DNA from: Schmidtea polychroa
Lineage: Eukaryota
Reading direction: 5' to 3'
Length of the DNA: 64,000 nucleotides
NCBI GenBank assembly: GCA_044892525.1
Contig: CM097886.1
Coordinates: 126,046,001 to 126,110,000, forward strand
The position numbers and the translations under genes are program-made. How positions within the stretch are numbered: the first letter of the stretch is position 1; each line of letters opens with the position of its first letter. Below are positions 13,701 through 28,200 of this stretch, one piece after another. The notes beneath the pieces are model-generated. The model did not search any database and was not told the DNA's origin. It was given only the letters and a program-made list of their open reading frames with translations.

Positions 13701-16137
13701 TAGTCCCAAATTCATTTTAACGGCAAATTCATTTCATTGGACACCACCCCAGAAATTTGAATATTTTTTGGAAATAATATAATTTTACATTTATTACCTG
13801 TCATTTATTTGCAATTGCAATTTCCAATCGGAAATTACTCATATCACTCATTACATTTTTAATGGATAAATATTAAGCTTGAAAATTTTCCCATTGACAG
13901 ACAGTCGGCATTGGAGAGAATGATACAATGTGGCAAGGGAATAGTAAAAATTACGTTGCTATAGTACAAATTCATACAATTATGCATTCCATAAAAGTTC
14001 TTTGTAAATGGTAGTTTAATTAAAATGAGATTTCGTAACAAAGTGGTTCTCCGGTTAAACTCCCAAATTATGACAGATTGCAAACCAGGTGTGATATGCT
14101 CGGCCTATAAAGACGAAGAGGAACGTTTTGAAAAAAATAATTATATTATAGAAAAAGTGAAGGGGATTCTTTAGTCTAAAAAATTAATATTTAAAAGAAG
14201 ATTCGTAAGAAAATAACAAAAATTATTGGGGCTTAATTCAAAAGACTTCATTATTTTTGGACTTTGTTGAAATATTAATTCCTTCATGCAATGAATTAAT
14301 TTTCACTATTTCATAATTTTCAGAATAATTCCCTTAGTTTATTACTGATATGCTATAAGATTTTCATAGAAAAATAGAAATAATGGTGATGATGATAATA
14401 ATAATAATTAGCTACTGTGAATTTTGTATTTATCACGTTCATAAAATAATGATCTTCCAATAATTTATTTCACTGTTTTTTCAATATTATTAAAACACAC
14501 TACATAACGCGAGGGGGTTTTTTCAGTGTGAAATATTGATATTTTTAGAAGAACAGATTTCATTCTTCATACATTTCATTCACATCAACATAATGTAATT
14601 TATTATTTTAAATTTATAAACATGACGGAAAATATCATTTATAAACATTTAACATTTTAAGTTATACATTTGAAATGTTAATTTGAAAATAATATTTTAA
14701 ATTAATTAATTTAATTCATTTTTAAAGTTAATATTTAATTTTTAAATATATACGTATAATAATAATTTAATAATTTTTCGAAAACTTCAAATAAAACAGC
14801 CGAAAATTCATATTAAATAAATATAATAATATTGATTGCAAGTTTAAAATGGATATAACAGAAATTGATAGAGATCAATGATGAAAAGGATAAAACATTT
14901 TAATGATTTATTTGATTAGAAATGCCTTTTTTATTCTTGCGTTAAAATATATTCTCAACTTTTTTTAGATGTCAGTACTCTAACATAAAATTTGAAAAAT
15001 TTGGGGCATCTTACCCTTAATTTGTTTGGAGGATAATTTTAAGTAAAAAACATAACTAAGTTGAAAAATAGATTCCCATATTTTAATTTACTTATAATGA
15101 TATATTCACAAATAAACAATAAAACCATATGACAATGGGAATAGAAATAAAGATATTAATGGCTTACTACCTAAAAATAAGTCACCAAAAAAACAAAGAT
15201 TTACAAACTTTTAGAATTAATGAAAAACAGTAATGAATATGAAACTTACTCTAACATCTTTCATAAATGCGACAGACTTATTCCTTTTCACAATTAGAAA
15301 GACTGCTTTTATTAAATTTGTCATGCTATCCCAATCAAGGTTCCTCTGCATTAACAAATGTTATTAATCAAAATATTTGGCAACCGATCAACAAATACTC
15401 GAGATAAATTGTCTTTCAATATTTTGTTCATGGTTCGGTTCAATCGGTATATTAGATTTTCTAAGGCTTTGCACGACTTCATGGACTCATGATCCCAATC
15501 GACAAACGGAGGAATTTCTAACATGAATCTTTGCAAAGCTTTGCTCCTAAGAAGATTGATATCATTCGGTATCATTTTGATAATCGACTGAGCTAGTTCT
15601 GATAACCTCTGAAACAAGATAGAAACGGTCAAAATTATTGAAAAAGATCAAATACTAATATTTACCATTATTGATTTTTGATCCAATAAATCCAACGCCT
15701 TGTGTTTTTCTCCCATCTCATTGAGTCGGTTATGACAGGAAGTATAAAAATCACACGACACTTGTAATATGGCTTCATGAGGAGCAATAGCACTAACAGC
15801 ATGCCTAGAATTGCCTCCAGAAGGTTCGTCACAATTGTTCGAGACAACAGTATTCTTTCGAAATCTCCCTTCTTCCAGCAATCTAAAAAGAGTTATGTCA
15901 AAGAATTCTGGAAAGAAGAATCTATAAAGGATTAGGATTCTATGTTTTCTTAATAAAAAATGTTATTATTGATATTTTTATTATTATTTATTAAAAAGAG
16001 CTTGAATAAAATATAAATCAGTAAATATATCGATGTTTTTGATATATTTACTGATTTAGTCTTCAAGCTCTTTTTAATAAATACAATGGAAAAAAAATCA
16101 GTGGTGAAATTGTAAAAAAAAGTTCTTATATTATTAA

Positions 16138-16200
<63 letters not shown>

Positions 16201-19200
16201 TGTTTGTTAAACATATAAATTATAAGATAAGCCCTTGCTGCAAAATATAATTAAATTAAATGAGAATAGTTTCGATTATAAGATAATCTTTTCAATCTGT
16301 CAGAATTTAGTTGTTTCAATTTTCAAATGCTTTTCTTTTTATATTTATTTGTTTAAATTTGATTAAATAAAATTTAAAATCCAAATTAAGTTAAATATAC
16401 AATTTTAATAAAACATAAAATATAAAATTATTGAAAGTTTGAGAAAAAGCTTCCCTTTTAAAATATAGTGACTGCTTAAAAATAATTTTACACTTTGTAT
16501 TTTAATTTTTATTCTTTAAAGCTGTTAAACGTTTTTATTCTACCGATGATTTCTCAGCAGTATAGAAATGTTCTTTAAATCTTTGGTGCAAGTTCCTAAT
16601 TGAACTTCGAATGTATATTTCTTTGCATAATTTGAACGTGGTGTGATTGACAACATTTTTACGGAAGTATTTTTTTTGTGTGTGATACTTTTCCATTGTA
16701 CAAGTGTCCTCGTTTTACGTATGTTTTGAGAACTAACCCAATTTCCAAGATTTGTGTTTGATACAAATTGGAAGGTCAGTGTGTTTAAGTTCTTTATGAA
16801 CGAGTTTATCACTGATGAACGGATTATTCAGGTAAAAATATTTCTATTTTTGTGTTGCATTCCTAGGTCTTTTTAGATTGGAATACCTTCTTTCAATTTC
16901 TTTATATGCGTGCGAGTGTAGGATTTTGTGGAAAATTAATTAAACTTCCTCTTCCTTATTTGTTTTCTTCCTTATATTCGATTTTGAGTTTAATATCTCA
17001 GTATTATTATTATGATTCACAACTTTTATTATATTTGATAAAAGGAAAACTGATGGGGATTTTCCAGTCATCAATCGATCGAGATAATTATTGAATTATA
17101 TTGGACATTTATTTCCATCATATTTTCTATAATTTGTCTGCGACACGATTTAATCAATCGACAGAATGTGCCAATTCTAGTAGAGTGTGTGCGCGCTATA
17201 TTTGCAGACATTCTATTTGGGCATTAAAATATAAACGCAATAATAGGATCCTAAATTGTGAGATATATCCGAAAAGTTCTCATTGGCTAGTTTGGAATAA
17301 TAATATGTTTATTTCCTTCATATTCATTTTCAGTTTTAGTACAAATAAGTTAGATCTGCCGGTGGAGGGGGAGCGTCATACAATTCTTGATAATTCAAGC
17401 TACCAGCAAATAAATACCAATCACAAAAATCTAATTTTCTTTATATGAATGTTTTAATATTTATTTTACAGATTTTTAATTTAAGTTTTATGTGAAAGGT
17501 CTCGGAAAAGCTAGAATTCTACTTTCACTTCATCCACCCTATATCTTGAATGCACTTCCTTCAGGTTTACAATTGGTCTGATAGCTTAATCAGGATTTGC
17601 GAGCACCTTTATCAGCAGATATNNNNNNNNNNNNNNNNNNNNNNNNNNNNNNNNNNNNNNNNNNNNNNNNNNNNNNNNNNNNNNNNNNNNNNNNNNNNNN
17701 NNNNNNNNNNNNNNNNNNNNNNNNNNNNNNNNNNNNNNNNNNNNNNNNNNNNNNNNNNNNNNNNNNNNNNNNNNNNNNNNNNNNNNNNNNNNNNNNNNNN
17801 NNNNNNNNNNNNNNNNNNNNNNNNNNNNNNNNNNNNNNNNNNNNNNNNNNNNNNNNNNNNNNNNNNNNNNNNNNNNNNNNNNNNNNNNNNNNNNNNNNNN
17901 NNNNNNNNNNNNNNNNNNNNNNNNNNNNNNNNNNNNNNNNNNNNNNNNNNNNNNNNNNNNNNNNNNNNNNNNNNNNNNNNNNNNNNNNNNNNNNNNNNNN
18001 NNNNNNNNNNNNNNNNNNNNNNNNNNNNNNNNNNNNNNNNTCTCAAGAAATTTAATTGAGCAACAAGAACTGAAGTCAATAATCAAAGGATGCTATACCT
18101 GTATGGTGATTCATCTTGATCGTCCAACACGACCGAGTTCTGAGTTTGAGAGTAATTTCCTCCTACTCGAAAACTACATTTTTCATCACCTACTTTCCCA
18201 AAAGGTTTGTCAGTTTGTCTTGTTAAATAATCACAAGTGCAAATCAACTGCTTCACTGAAACGGCCAATTGTTGAATGGCTTGGGCTTCGATCTTTCTGC
18301 AACTTTCTGTATTGCTATTGAAATCAGGAGGAATACAGATCTGATGTAAATCTCGAAGGATTAATGGTAAAATGGCTTGGAGAATAATCTTTTTAATAAT
18401 CTTTTATTAATATTTTATTAGAGTTAAAACTACCATCATTTGTTTGGCTCTTCCTGAGTCGGGGGCGTAAACAATCACAGTGACACACAGAGTGACAGCT
18501 TCTAACACCGACCAAGAGTCATTCTCGTTCTCATAGCAGAAATCCTATTGTAGGAATTCTATGTTTAAAGAAAAATTGAATAAACTTTAATTTACCAGAG
18601 CTTTCAACGGTTTGTTACAAGAGAGCAATTGAAGGATATTCAGATTGTCCTCGAGATCAGTAGAAATCGCTCGAAGGATATCATAGATAATGTGCGGCTT
18701 AATCTAAACGATAGTTAAGTCTCACGAACCACGAGCACTTAATGGTTACTTTGTAAAAGTTGGAATTCTCTCCTTGAAAATCGATATAATTGGATATACT
18801 GCCAAACATCTGGAGGATGAATGGAGTTCGATGGAGAATGTAGAATTGTTTGCACATAAAATGAATGGCCTTCTTTAGAACGAGATTGTGGAGATTTTTG
18901 CTATAAACACGGAGAATAGTTGGCATAATTCCTAAATAACCGTTGACGGAAAATATCATTTTAAAATGTTGACTGGCCTGAAAAATAAGCAATCTATTGA
19001 TAACATTAACAACAAAATTGTACTTGAATACACCCAGCAAGACACATTCGCAACATGGCCGTATCTTCAGCATGTAATATTAGCACACCGTTGAAGATAT
19101 TCAAAAACAAATGAATGTCAGATGTCCATGGAAACGAGCTCGGCATTCGCTCAAATAAAAGTGATACGAGCCGACACCATGAAATTTTGTGGAGCATATC

Positions 19201-22200
19201 CATTCCGTACAATTGCTTACCAAGACTGCCACTATCGTAGAGAGAAAACTCAGATTCCAATGCTTTCCGAGGAAACGATGGATGCTTGGTCAACTCGTCG
19301 TGAAGGAAATAAATGTGGTTGGTATTCTAAATTCAGAATAAACAATGAATCACTTGTCTTAATTTCCGAAGAACGGTATTGGAAATCGGGTGGGTATTCT
19401 CAACATTTTCAATATCATATTATATATATATATATATATTAATTATGTATTGCGCCTCTTTTCGCGTTGATTATTGATTGTATTTCGCTGTTGGAGTACA
19501 CACACAGACACGAGATAATGTATTTTAGATTGTATGGTTTCAAGTCTTCAATCGATATTTTGGAATTTGTAGTTGAGGAATTTTTTAGAAATTAGTTTTT
19601 GTAATTTTTTAAAAATAAAGATTTTCACAGGTTTCGGTTTTTATAATGTTGAATTGTTTCAAACTCATATGATTGTATGGTTGAAAGAAATTATGACAGA
19701 CATAGGATATAGTTTTACAACTACTGCCGAAAGAGACATTGTTCGAGATATTAAAGAAACGCTTTCGTATATCGCCCTTGATTTTGATCATGAAATGCAA
19801 TCAACAGCTTCTAAATCATATTTAAATAAGTCTACGAACTTTCAGATAGACAAACTATAACTATTGAAAATGAAAAATTTCGTTGTCCTGAATCAATGTT
19901 TCTACCATCTTTCCTGGGAATGGAAAATGTTGGTATTCACGAGACGACCTATAACAGCGAATAATAACATATAATCACGAAATGCGATATAGATATTTGT
20001 AAAGAATTATATGACAATACAGTTTCATCCGAGACATCAACTTTGGTTCAAATATCAATGACAATTAAACATGGAGGCTGAGCTTGGTTACTTGGAGGAT
20101 GCCACGCACCAGTGATGATTATAGTAGCCCAGGCGAGGGGGCTTTTCAATGGTCCTGTTCCATACTGTTAAAATTTAAGTAAGAAAGTAGTTTAGACAGA
20201 TCAATGGAGTGTTTCGAGAAGTTCAAAGAGTGGCTTCAACTAAAAGTTGAACTATTGAAATCAACGAAGGAAATATGTATGGAATTGAGGGTGAGCAGAA
20301 TAGGATTAATAAAACACGCTCGAATCTTAAACAAATTGTTAACAATTCAAGATAAAGGGTTCAAACACATCTCTCACAACAGGTCATAAGGTCACGATTA
20401 GAATGCGTAAAATGCAAGCGGATCATTACTTAGACCAATGTAAACTATTCAGAAATTGGCCATTAAAACAAGATTGGAGTTTGTGCATGATAGGAAGCGA
20501 TGCTTTAATTGTTTGAAGCCTGGGGATATGGTAAAAGGATGTTCTAAACCATCCTTCAGTAGAATCACGGAATGTCTCCAAAAGTATAAAGTTTACTCCA
20601 CGAAAATCAGGCAAAAATTACTCAAGAAATGTTAATGGTATGAAAACGCAATACGAGAACAGAATGTTACGGAGCTTCCTTAGCCTGAGGACGATTCCAA
20701 TTTTCAGGAGAATGATCCTAAAAGAATCAAAGTCAATGCGTTGCTTGATAATGACAGCTCAGTCAGCTACATAAGCCTGTAAGTATTAGAGGTGTTGGAT
20801 TTAAAAAGAAAAAACGAATTAACGACAGTGAGTGTCATTGGTGGGAATCAGAGCCGTAGCTAGAGAAAATAGCTCCCGGGACGAGATTGAAATTTGGCGC
20901 CCCTGGTGCCAAAAGAATCCACCACTCCCATTAATTATGTACTTACAGGAATGGAATTGGTCTTGAAGAGTCAAATTAAGATGCAAAGCTATACAATGCT
21001 TAACTAAACTTATATTATAACGAAAACCAATTAATTATAAATATAATTAATTATAAATTATAAATTATAAATATAATGTGTATATACATTAATATTGAAA
21101 ATTTATTTACTCCGGATTTATTAAACCTTTATTATATATAGACTACTGTATCGAGCATATCAATGACAAAAAAGCCATTAAAACTCTCGCATTAAATGAC
21201 ATCTATAACCATTATCATCAATTGTCCTTCCTTCTTTCAAACGATTTTCAAGATCTTTCCAGGCTAAGTAGCATTTTCTATGCTCAAAACTGTTTTCATG
21301 ATCAGCCACCTTCGGATTTAATCGCCCGTTTGCAAAAACCTTTAGATAGACCAGCAAACAGTTTTGTTTTAGTTTAACTTTTGAAAACATTAAACATGGA
21401 AAGCAGAATATAAAAATTTAATATGAAAAAAAGAAAGAAAATCAAAAAAAAATTAAATGATCATTTCACAGTTTTGGCGCCCTTCGACTCGGCTCTGGTG
21501 GGAATGTACAAAAAATGACTACAAGGAGAGTAAAAATGATTTTGATTAGTCACAATCAGAAAATGAAAAGGGAATTCAATAGGTTAGGCGTAAAAAATGT
21601 AACTGGGGACATGAGAGTAGTTAATTGGGCTAAAAAAATGGAAACACCTAAGGAATATTCATTTTCCTATGATGGATGAGCGACAAGTAGTGGATGTGTT
21701 GATTGGGGCTGAATACCTTGGTATACAGAGATCTTTGCGAGAGGTGGATAGAAAAAGAGGTGAGTCGATTGCTAGACTAACCACATTCGGTTGGACAAGT
21801 ATTGGGAGAACCCCAGTTAAGAGAATGTGGAATTATCAGAACAATTTCATAAGAACGTTCTTTAGTAATTGCGATGGTTAGGAAAAGCGAATACAACGAT
21901 TTGGGAGATTGACGAAAGTGGCCTCAAGGAAAATGTGTTTACAGCAAAGACCGTATGATTTATGAGTAAACAAAAATGGAGATAATAAAAGTGGATGGTC
22001 ATTTCGATGTGAAAATACTGTGGAAAGATTCACCAAAGTCCTTCCCAAATAGAAGAAAGATAACAGATAGTTGGCTGAGAAGCTTAAATAAAAGATTGGA
22101 AAGAGAAGGACTACTAAACGAGTATCACGATATTTTGAATGGTTACACAGAAAAGAATTATATAAGCATGGCGAAAGAGAGAACAATGGATTTTAAAACA

Positions 22201-25200
22201 CTTTCCTGTTGTGAGGCATACGACAAAAGTACGCGTAGTCGTTGACGCAACAACCAGATGTAATGGAGTGAGACTTAATGATATTGTAGAAGCTGGTCCA
22301 AAATTACAAAACGAAATATTCGATATTTTAATCAGATTACGCAGATTTTTAGTGGCAGTGGTTTGTGACACCATAAGTAAGAATTAATCCTTAAGACAGG
22401 AAATTTCATCGGTTTTTATGGTAAATCGACGTGAAACCAATTAAATATGAATTTAATCAATTTGTATTTGGACTAAATGCGTCGCTTTACCTTGCTCAGC
22501 TTGTGGCTGAGGAGAATGCGAAGATGTTTGAGATCGAGTATCTACAGGTGACTGAGTCCATTTGTAAATTTACTTATATGGAAGATACTATGGAATCGGT
22601 TGATTCTGAAGAAGACGGAATGAAACTGGAAAATGGACTAATAAAAATATGGAACAATGCAGGAATGCAAGCAAGAAAGTGGGTATCAAATTCACAATAA
22701 ATAATGGTTCCCGAAGAGGAAAGAGCTAAAACGTTAAATATTGAAAAAGGGATTGTAATAGCCATTAAAACTCTCGCATTAAATGATAAATAAATGAACA
22801 ATAACAGATCCTTACTTGTGTACCATTTTGTATATATTATTATAAGAACTTTTTTCAATTTTCACCACTGATTTCTTTTCAATTGACATAGTATTCATTA
22901 AAAAAATTTCTCTTTGATTATAAATAAATTCTTCTCATTAAATAAAATTAATTTATCAAATATTTAATTTAGGTTCTGGAATATTCAAAGCTAATATTTG
23001 TAAAAAAATTAATTTTGTTGACGAAAATTTCGTCAAGTGCGAATAAATCCCATATTCAGTTTTGAACGGTCTCTTATTGACCCAACAAAACTATATAGCT
23101 AATTAAATTTTCAGTATAAATTGGGCAAAATATCTTGCAATAAGCCCTACAGGAAAATTCTCAGAGATACAATTTGAAATCGCACAGATAAATCAGGAGC
23201 AGTGGAGTACCACTAAAGGTCTACATCTGTATAATAAAGTCTGGGGAGTCAATTATATATATTATAGGAACTTCTTTTTCAAATTTCACCACTGATTCAC
23301 AGTCAAGCTTTTTAATAAATACAGATTTTAATCAAAAAATTTTCCATGCGGCGTTCATTTTGAACACAGCATTCATAACACGCGCATCGCTCTCCACTTG
23401 ACCGCCAAATTTAATATTGTTAATACGCATTTATAATACGTATACATACCTTCGCTGTATACACATATAGACATGGCTCCTAAGACTAGTGAATAGAAAA
23501 GTTAGAATTGACAATAACTTCGAGAGAAGTTCGAAAATTGGCAAAAGATTGTTAAACGACATCACATGTTACACTGAAATTCTTCGAGAGAGAAAGAGAT
23601 GCCCAATGAAGCAAACGTCATTGACATCTTATTTTAAGCCAGTGCCGCAAATATCCGGATCTTCAAATCCTATCATTCAACATACATCATCGACTCAACA
23701 ACTATCAACATCAACGCTAGGCCAAGCAAGAGAATTAGATTCGTTGAAGGGCCAGATGACGAGTCTCAACTATCTCCTTCAACCTTCCTTCAATGATATT
23801 AATAAAGTTTTAAAAGCTAAAATATATTATTTTTATTCTATTTACGTATTTTATTTTTAAATTGAAACTATTATTTTTAGTCTAGTGCTATTGCGCAAAT
23901 AATGAATAATAGTGTAAACAAGTTTTAAGGTGTTTATATGATGTAGCAATTGAAAAAAAAGCAAGTGACTCGAATTACGACGGTGGTCTGGTACCATACC
24001 CGCTGTATTACCGAGTTATACCTGTATAAACCAAATATAGATAAGTGAGTACACACATATACTACAAATACATTGAATTATCTATGTAAAGAATAAGAAT
24101 AATTTGATAAATTCCAAAAAATTTATTTAAGAAATTGTGGTACTATTTATAGTACCCGGTGTGTCGACACCAACACAATCAGCAATAGCTTATTGGGAAA
24201 TAATAATCAGTGATATAATTTGAGAACCCAGACAATCAAAAATAATAAATCACACATGCAGGCATTACACAATATAGGGTAAAGGTTAGGGAAATTAAAT
24301 ATCTCATTATAATAACATCACAATCTATATTATTTCAAAGTTCTAAATTTAGGAATATTCATCTAAAATCACTCCATCATTTCCATATTTTTATAATTAC
24401 GCACAATATGTCTCATTCTTTTCTCTTTTAATAAGCATCGTAACACCAGCTGTATACTGGTCAATTTTATTTAATGATTACTCTGGTGATCTTCTGCAGT
24501 TTATACAGCCGGGGACCGGTATCAATCCACTTATTAAATAAATATCTTGCCAGGAAATTTCAGTAAGCCAGTCACTCAATATTGATGAAGAAAATAAGAA
24601 TATGCTCACTTACAAGGATATTAGAGATTAGTAAAAATGTCCTAGAATATGTTTGAAATTGAAAATGAGTCCCGAAATATGTGGGGGCATACCTTAAAAG
24701 ACGAAGAAATAATGGGATGGAAATGGAAACTGAAACATAATATTTTCCAAAAAGGGGAATAATCATAATCAAAGCGTATTGTAGATATATAGACTCATAC
24801 AAATAATATGTGACCATTGAAAATATATCCTTACCTGGTTCGGAGGAGTGTGCTTCAGTATCGAATATGAAAACATAACTTTGCCTATCTCCAAAAATTT
24901 CAGATTGAATGCATTCCGCTGTAAAAGATGATTTCCATCTTCTGGGGTCATTTTTTTTAGTCTCAACTTTGGAATGTGATTGCGCTTAAAGAAATAAAAA
25001 TCTCTGACATAATGAGAAGAATTCCTTATAATATCTGAGATTTCAATAATTCAGTAGAAACATGGAAAAATATCCTACTTGAGCGATCATCACATAGGGA
25101 ATATAAATGATGGTCTCGTTCAGGAATGTTACTGTCCTTTAATGCTTCCTTCAATATCTCAGCAAACCGATAATCCTAAACAGCAGAAAATGTTTAAACA

Positions 25201-28200
25201 TTCACCATTAGACTTTATTATAGGTGCAAAAATAGCCCGAGGCTCATCTAATTCCATTCTAACTATTTAAACTCAAACTAATGGACTATTAAACTCTTTT
25301 TCATTAGAATTTCCCAATTTCATTTTCCAATAACGCTTCAAAATTATTCATTATATATTTAAAATATAGGGGAAATAGTAATTATTGGCAGCAATAAATC
25401 CGTATAGAAATTTCTACAATAGTTTGGGATTTCATTTCAACATAATAACAATAACAGTAAAANNNNNNNNNNNNNNNNNNNNNNNNNNNNNNNNNNNNNN
25501 NNNNNNNNNNNNNNNNNNNNNNNNNNNNNNNNNNNNNNNNNNNNNNNNNNNNNNNNNNNNNNNNNNNNNNNNNNNNNNNNNNNNNNNNNNNNNAATCAGT
25601 AATATATCGATGTTTGTTGATACTCACAAATTTTCGGCACTGCCTCTTTCAAGTGAATTTTCAAGTGAAAAAAAGGCAGTGCCGAAAATCTGTGCGTATA
25701 AACAAACATCGATATATTACTGATTTATAGTCTTCAAACTCTCTTTTCAATTCAATGGATAAAATAATCAGTGGTGAAATTGGAAGAAATAAAAGTTCTT
25801 ATAATAATACAATAATAATAATTGCAGTAAATTAATATAAAAACCTTGGTTTCGTCCTGCAAACGGACTAATTGAGCAACGAAAACGTCTTCATCAAATA
25901 CATTGAACTGTTTGGCACAAGGCAAATTTGCAGTGACCATGAGGGTCGGCTGTATGAAACTAATGAAATATTTACAAAAAAATCTTAACTTACATCGACT
26001 TGTTCTTTTCTCAAAATTTGCTTCAAATCCTTAAAATAGATATTTTGTACGAAAGGAACAATCTGAAAACGAAACGAGCAATAGTTACAATATCAATAAA
26101 ATCTATTGTCACCTGCCATAGAAGAGATAAAGCTCCTGCTATGGATTCCGGTGCGGAGATCGACGGAGTACGGACATAAAACATGATATATCCGACCTAT
26201 TAATGGGTTCAATTATGGATTGAGAAAGCATAACAATTAACTAGATTATTGAACAGAGCGTGAGCCGATTGTGTAGGCAATTCCGGTAAGCGTTGAATTA
26301 GTTTTCGCAACACATAGAGCAGTTCATCTTTTTCAGTGACTCTCGTTAGCCTCTCTAAAATGTACCGCAGAAATAAAGTAGTGTCTTCAACGAGGCATTG
26401 CCATACGACATGTTCAGCTATGGTGGCCACTGAGAACAAGATTAGATTTATTCACACAAGAATAATATTGCAGATTCTCTTTACCTGCGACCCCATCGGA
26501 ATTGACATCGCCATCGTCAAGGAGGTGGATAATAGGAATACTGGCAGCACATAAGGATGACGGGAATACACATTGAGCATACTGAAGCGGCTGATTAGAC
26601 ACAATCGGTGATGTCAAACATGATCCATTGTCGTCATCTGAACATATTTAATATGAATAGGTTGCAAGCTACATCACCAATTAAATTGCATGCGTGCACT
26701 AAAACCAGATTCTCCACCACCTAGCTAGATGCAGTAGAACTAAACACCACAAAAACTGGAAAAATAATATTCATATAGAGATGTATCTGCATCTACTAAC
26801 TAACTACTACTCGACATGGACCACAATATTTAGACAGATACAAATATTCTATAATTTTATCACCTTCATGGCATACAAAGTTCGCCCTAGAGAATGGAAT
26901 GGATCCGTGTCTCCAGGAGAGGTTTCTTGCTTGCACATTCAAATTCCTGTTGATAAGAGCAGTGCTTAACCTTCGTACTGCAGCATTAAACTCCTCCTGA
27001 ATAGGACCGGGTTGACTGCCACCTAGATGTGCACATGGAAGTCCAATAAGAAGGCATATTCAATTTCAATAAAACAAATCACATCACACAGTTTAATCAA
27101 TTTGTCAAATCACACATTTATTATTATTATTATTATTATTATTAAGGTATTAGAACTTAAATTTAACAAAACGCACAAATGACCAATTAATGAAGGACTG
27201 CTAACCATCACAAAAAGGGTTCCCAATAAAACAGAGTGTCAGTCAGGATCCACTACTTGCTGCAACTTTACTTCACTTCAACAAGAGCTTTCAGAAGATC
27301 TCTAGACTGAATTCTTTAACCTTTGAATTGGGATTTTCGGCTTCCTAATCATTGCAGTACACTTTCCTTATTCGGGAACCCCCAGTACTATTCAATTGGT
27401 AGAAGGAAATGCATATTTAGAGGGTTTATATTGTGCTAAATTCAACAAAAGTTGTTCTCAAATAAACTAGCAATTGTTTACTTTTCATAATGGCAACAGG
27501 CAACATAAGATCAGGAGAAGTTTCAACCATTTGGATAGTATTTCTGAATAATTGGAAGCCACCTTTCCTTAATTTATTACTTAAGGCAACATTTTTAGTG
27601 GCTTACATCTACCACGGATGAAAGTTATTTTTTAAACGTCAATTGACTTCATAAACCACATTTTCCTTAGTCATTCCTGTAAAAGAAACCCTAGTGCTGC
27701 CGATCAAAAGAGCCTAAATCCATCACGATTTCAGTTGGATCAGTTATTTTCATCCAACTTCTGTGTAAATATTATTTTTGAGAGCTTTCGTGGTTCATTG
27801 GTCTTTTAGCTTTGAAATTGCGTTTCTTTTTATTTGCCTCTATGAAATATTAAATCTGGAATCTGCTTTTGCTTAACAAACTCCAGTTTTGCTCTTAGAA
27901 ATATGAAAGAGAAGTTTTTTTGGTTAATTCTTTGATATGACAACCGCTTTCTGTCTTTCTTGCCAAACATTATCCTTTGATTATTCTTTGAATAATGTTG
28001 TATTTTGTTCTTTTCGAGGTTCCCGATCTTTTGATTCTATCCACACGGGATTGATAGGATTGTCCAATGAGCTTGCGAGTAGCTATTTGATTTTGCGCAA
28101 CTATTTCATCTCATGCGTTGATTTAATACAAATAAATATATTCAGGTGAAATATCAAAAATAATCTTTCAATTAATATACTAAAACAATAAAATATTTAT

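Noticed and set aside
17550-18086. ORFs containing X runs (also at 11.9-12.4, 25.4, 30.5, 41.1-41.5, 43.7, 45.2 and 62.1 kb)
   Set aside because: Their length is an artefact of the N gaps.
18699-19293. Initially looked like a transposase fragment
   Set aside because: The translation matches UNC80 C-terminal motifs and splices in frame with neighbouring exons.
24570-24720. Candidate unc80 exon(s)
   Set aside because: 24835 splices in frame to 19326 (PPNQ|[12 protein letters not shown]) and no homology is missing.
27250-27900. Possible decayed Penelope GIY-YIG ([10 protein letters not shown]...) on the minus strand
   Set aside because: Too degraded to support beyond one motif.
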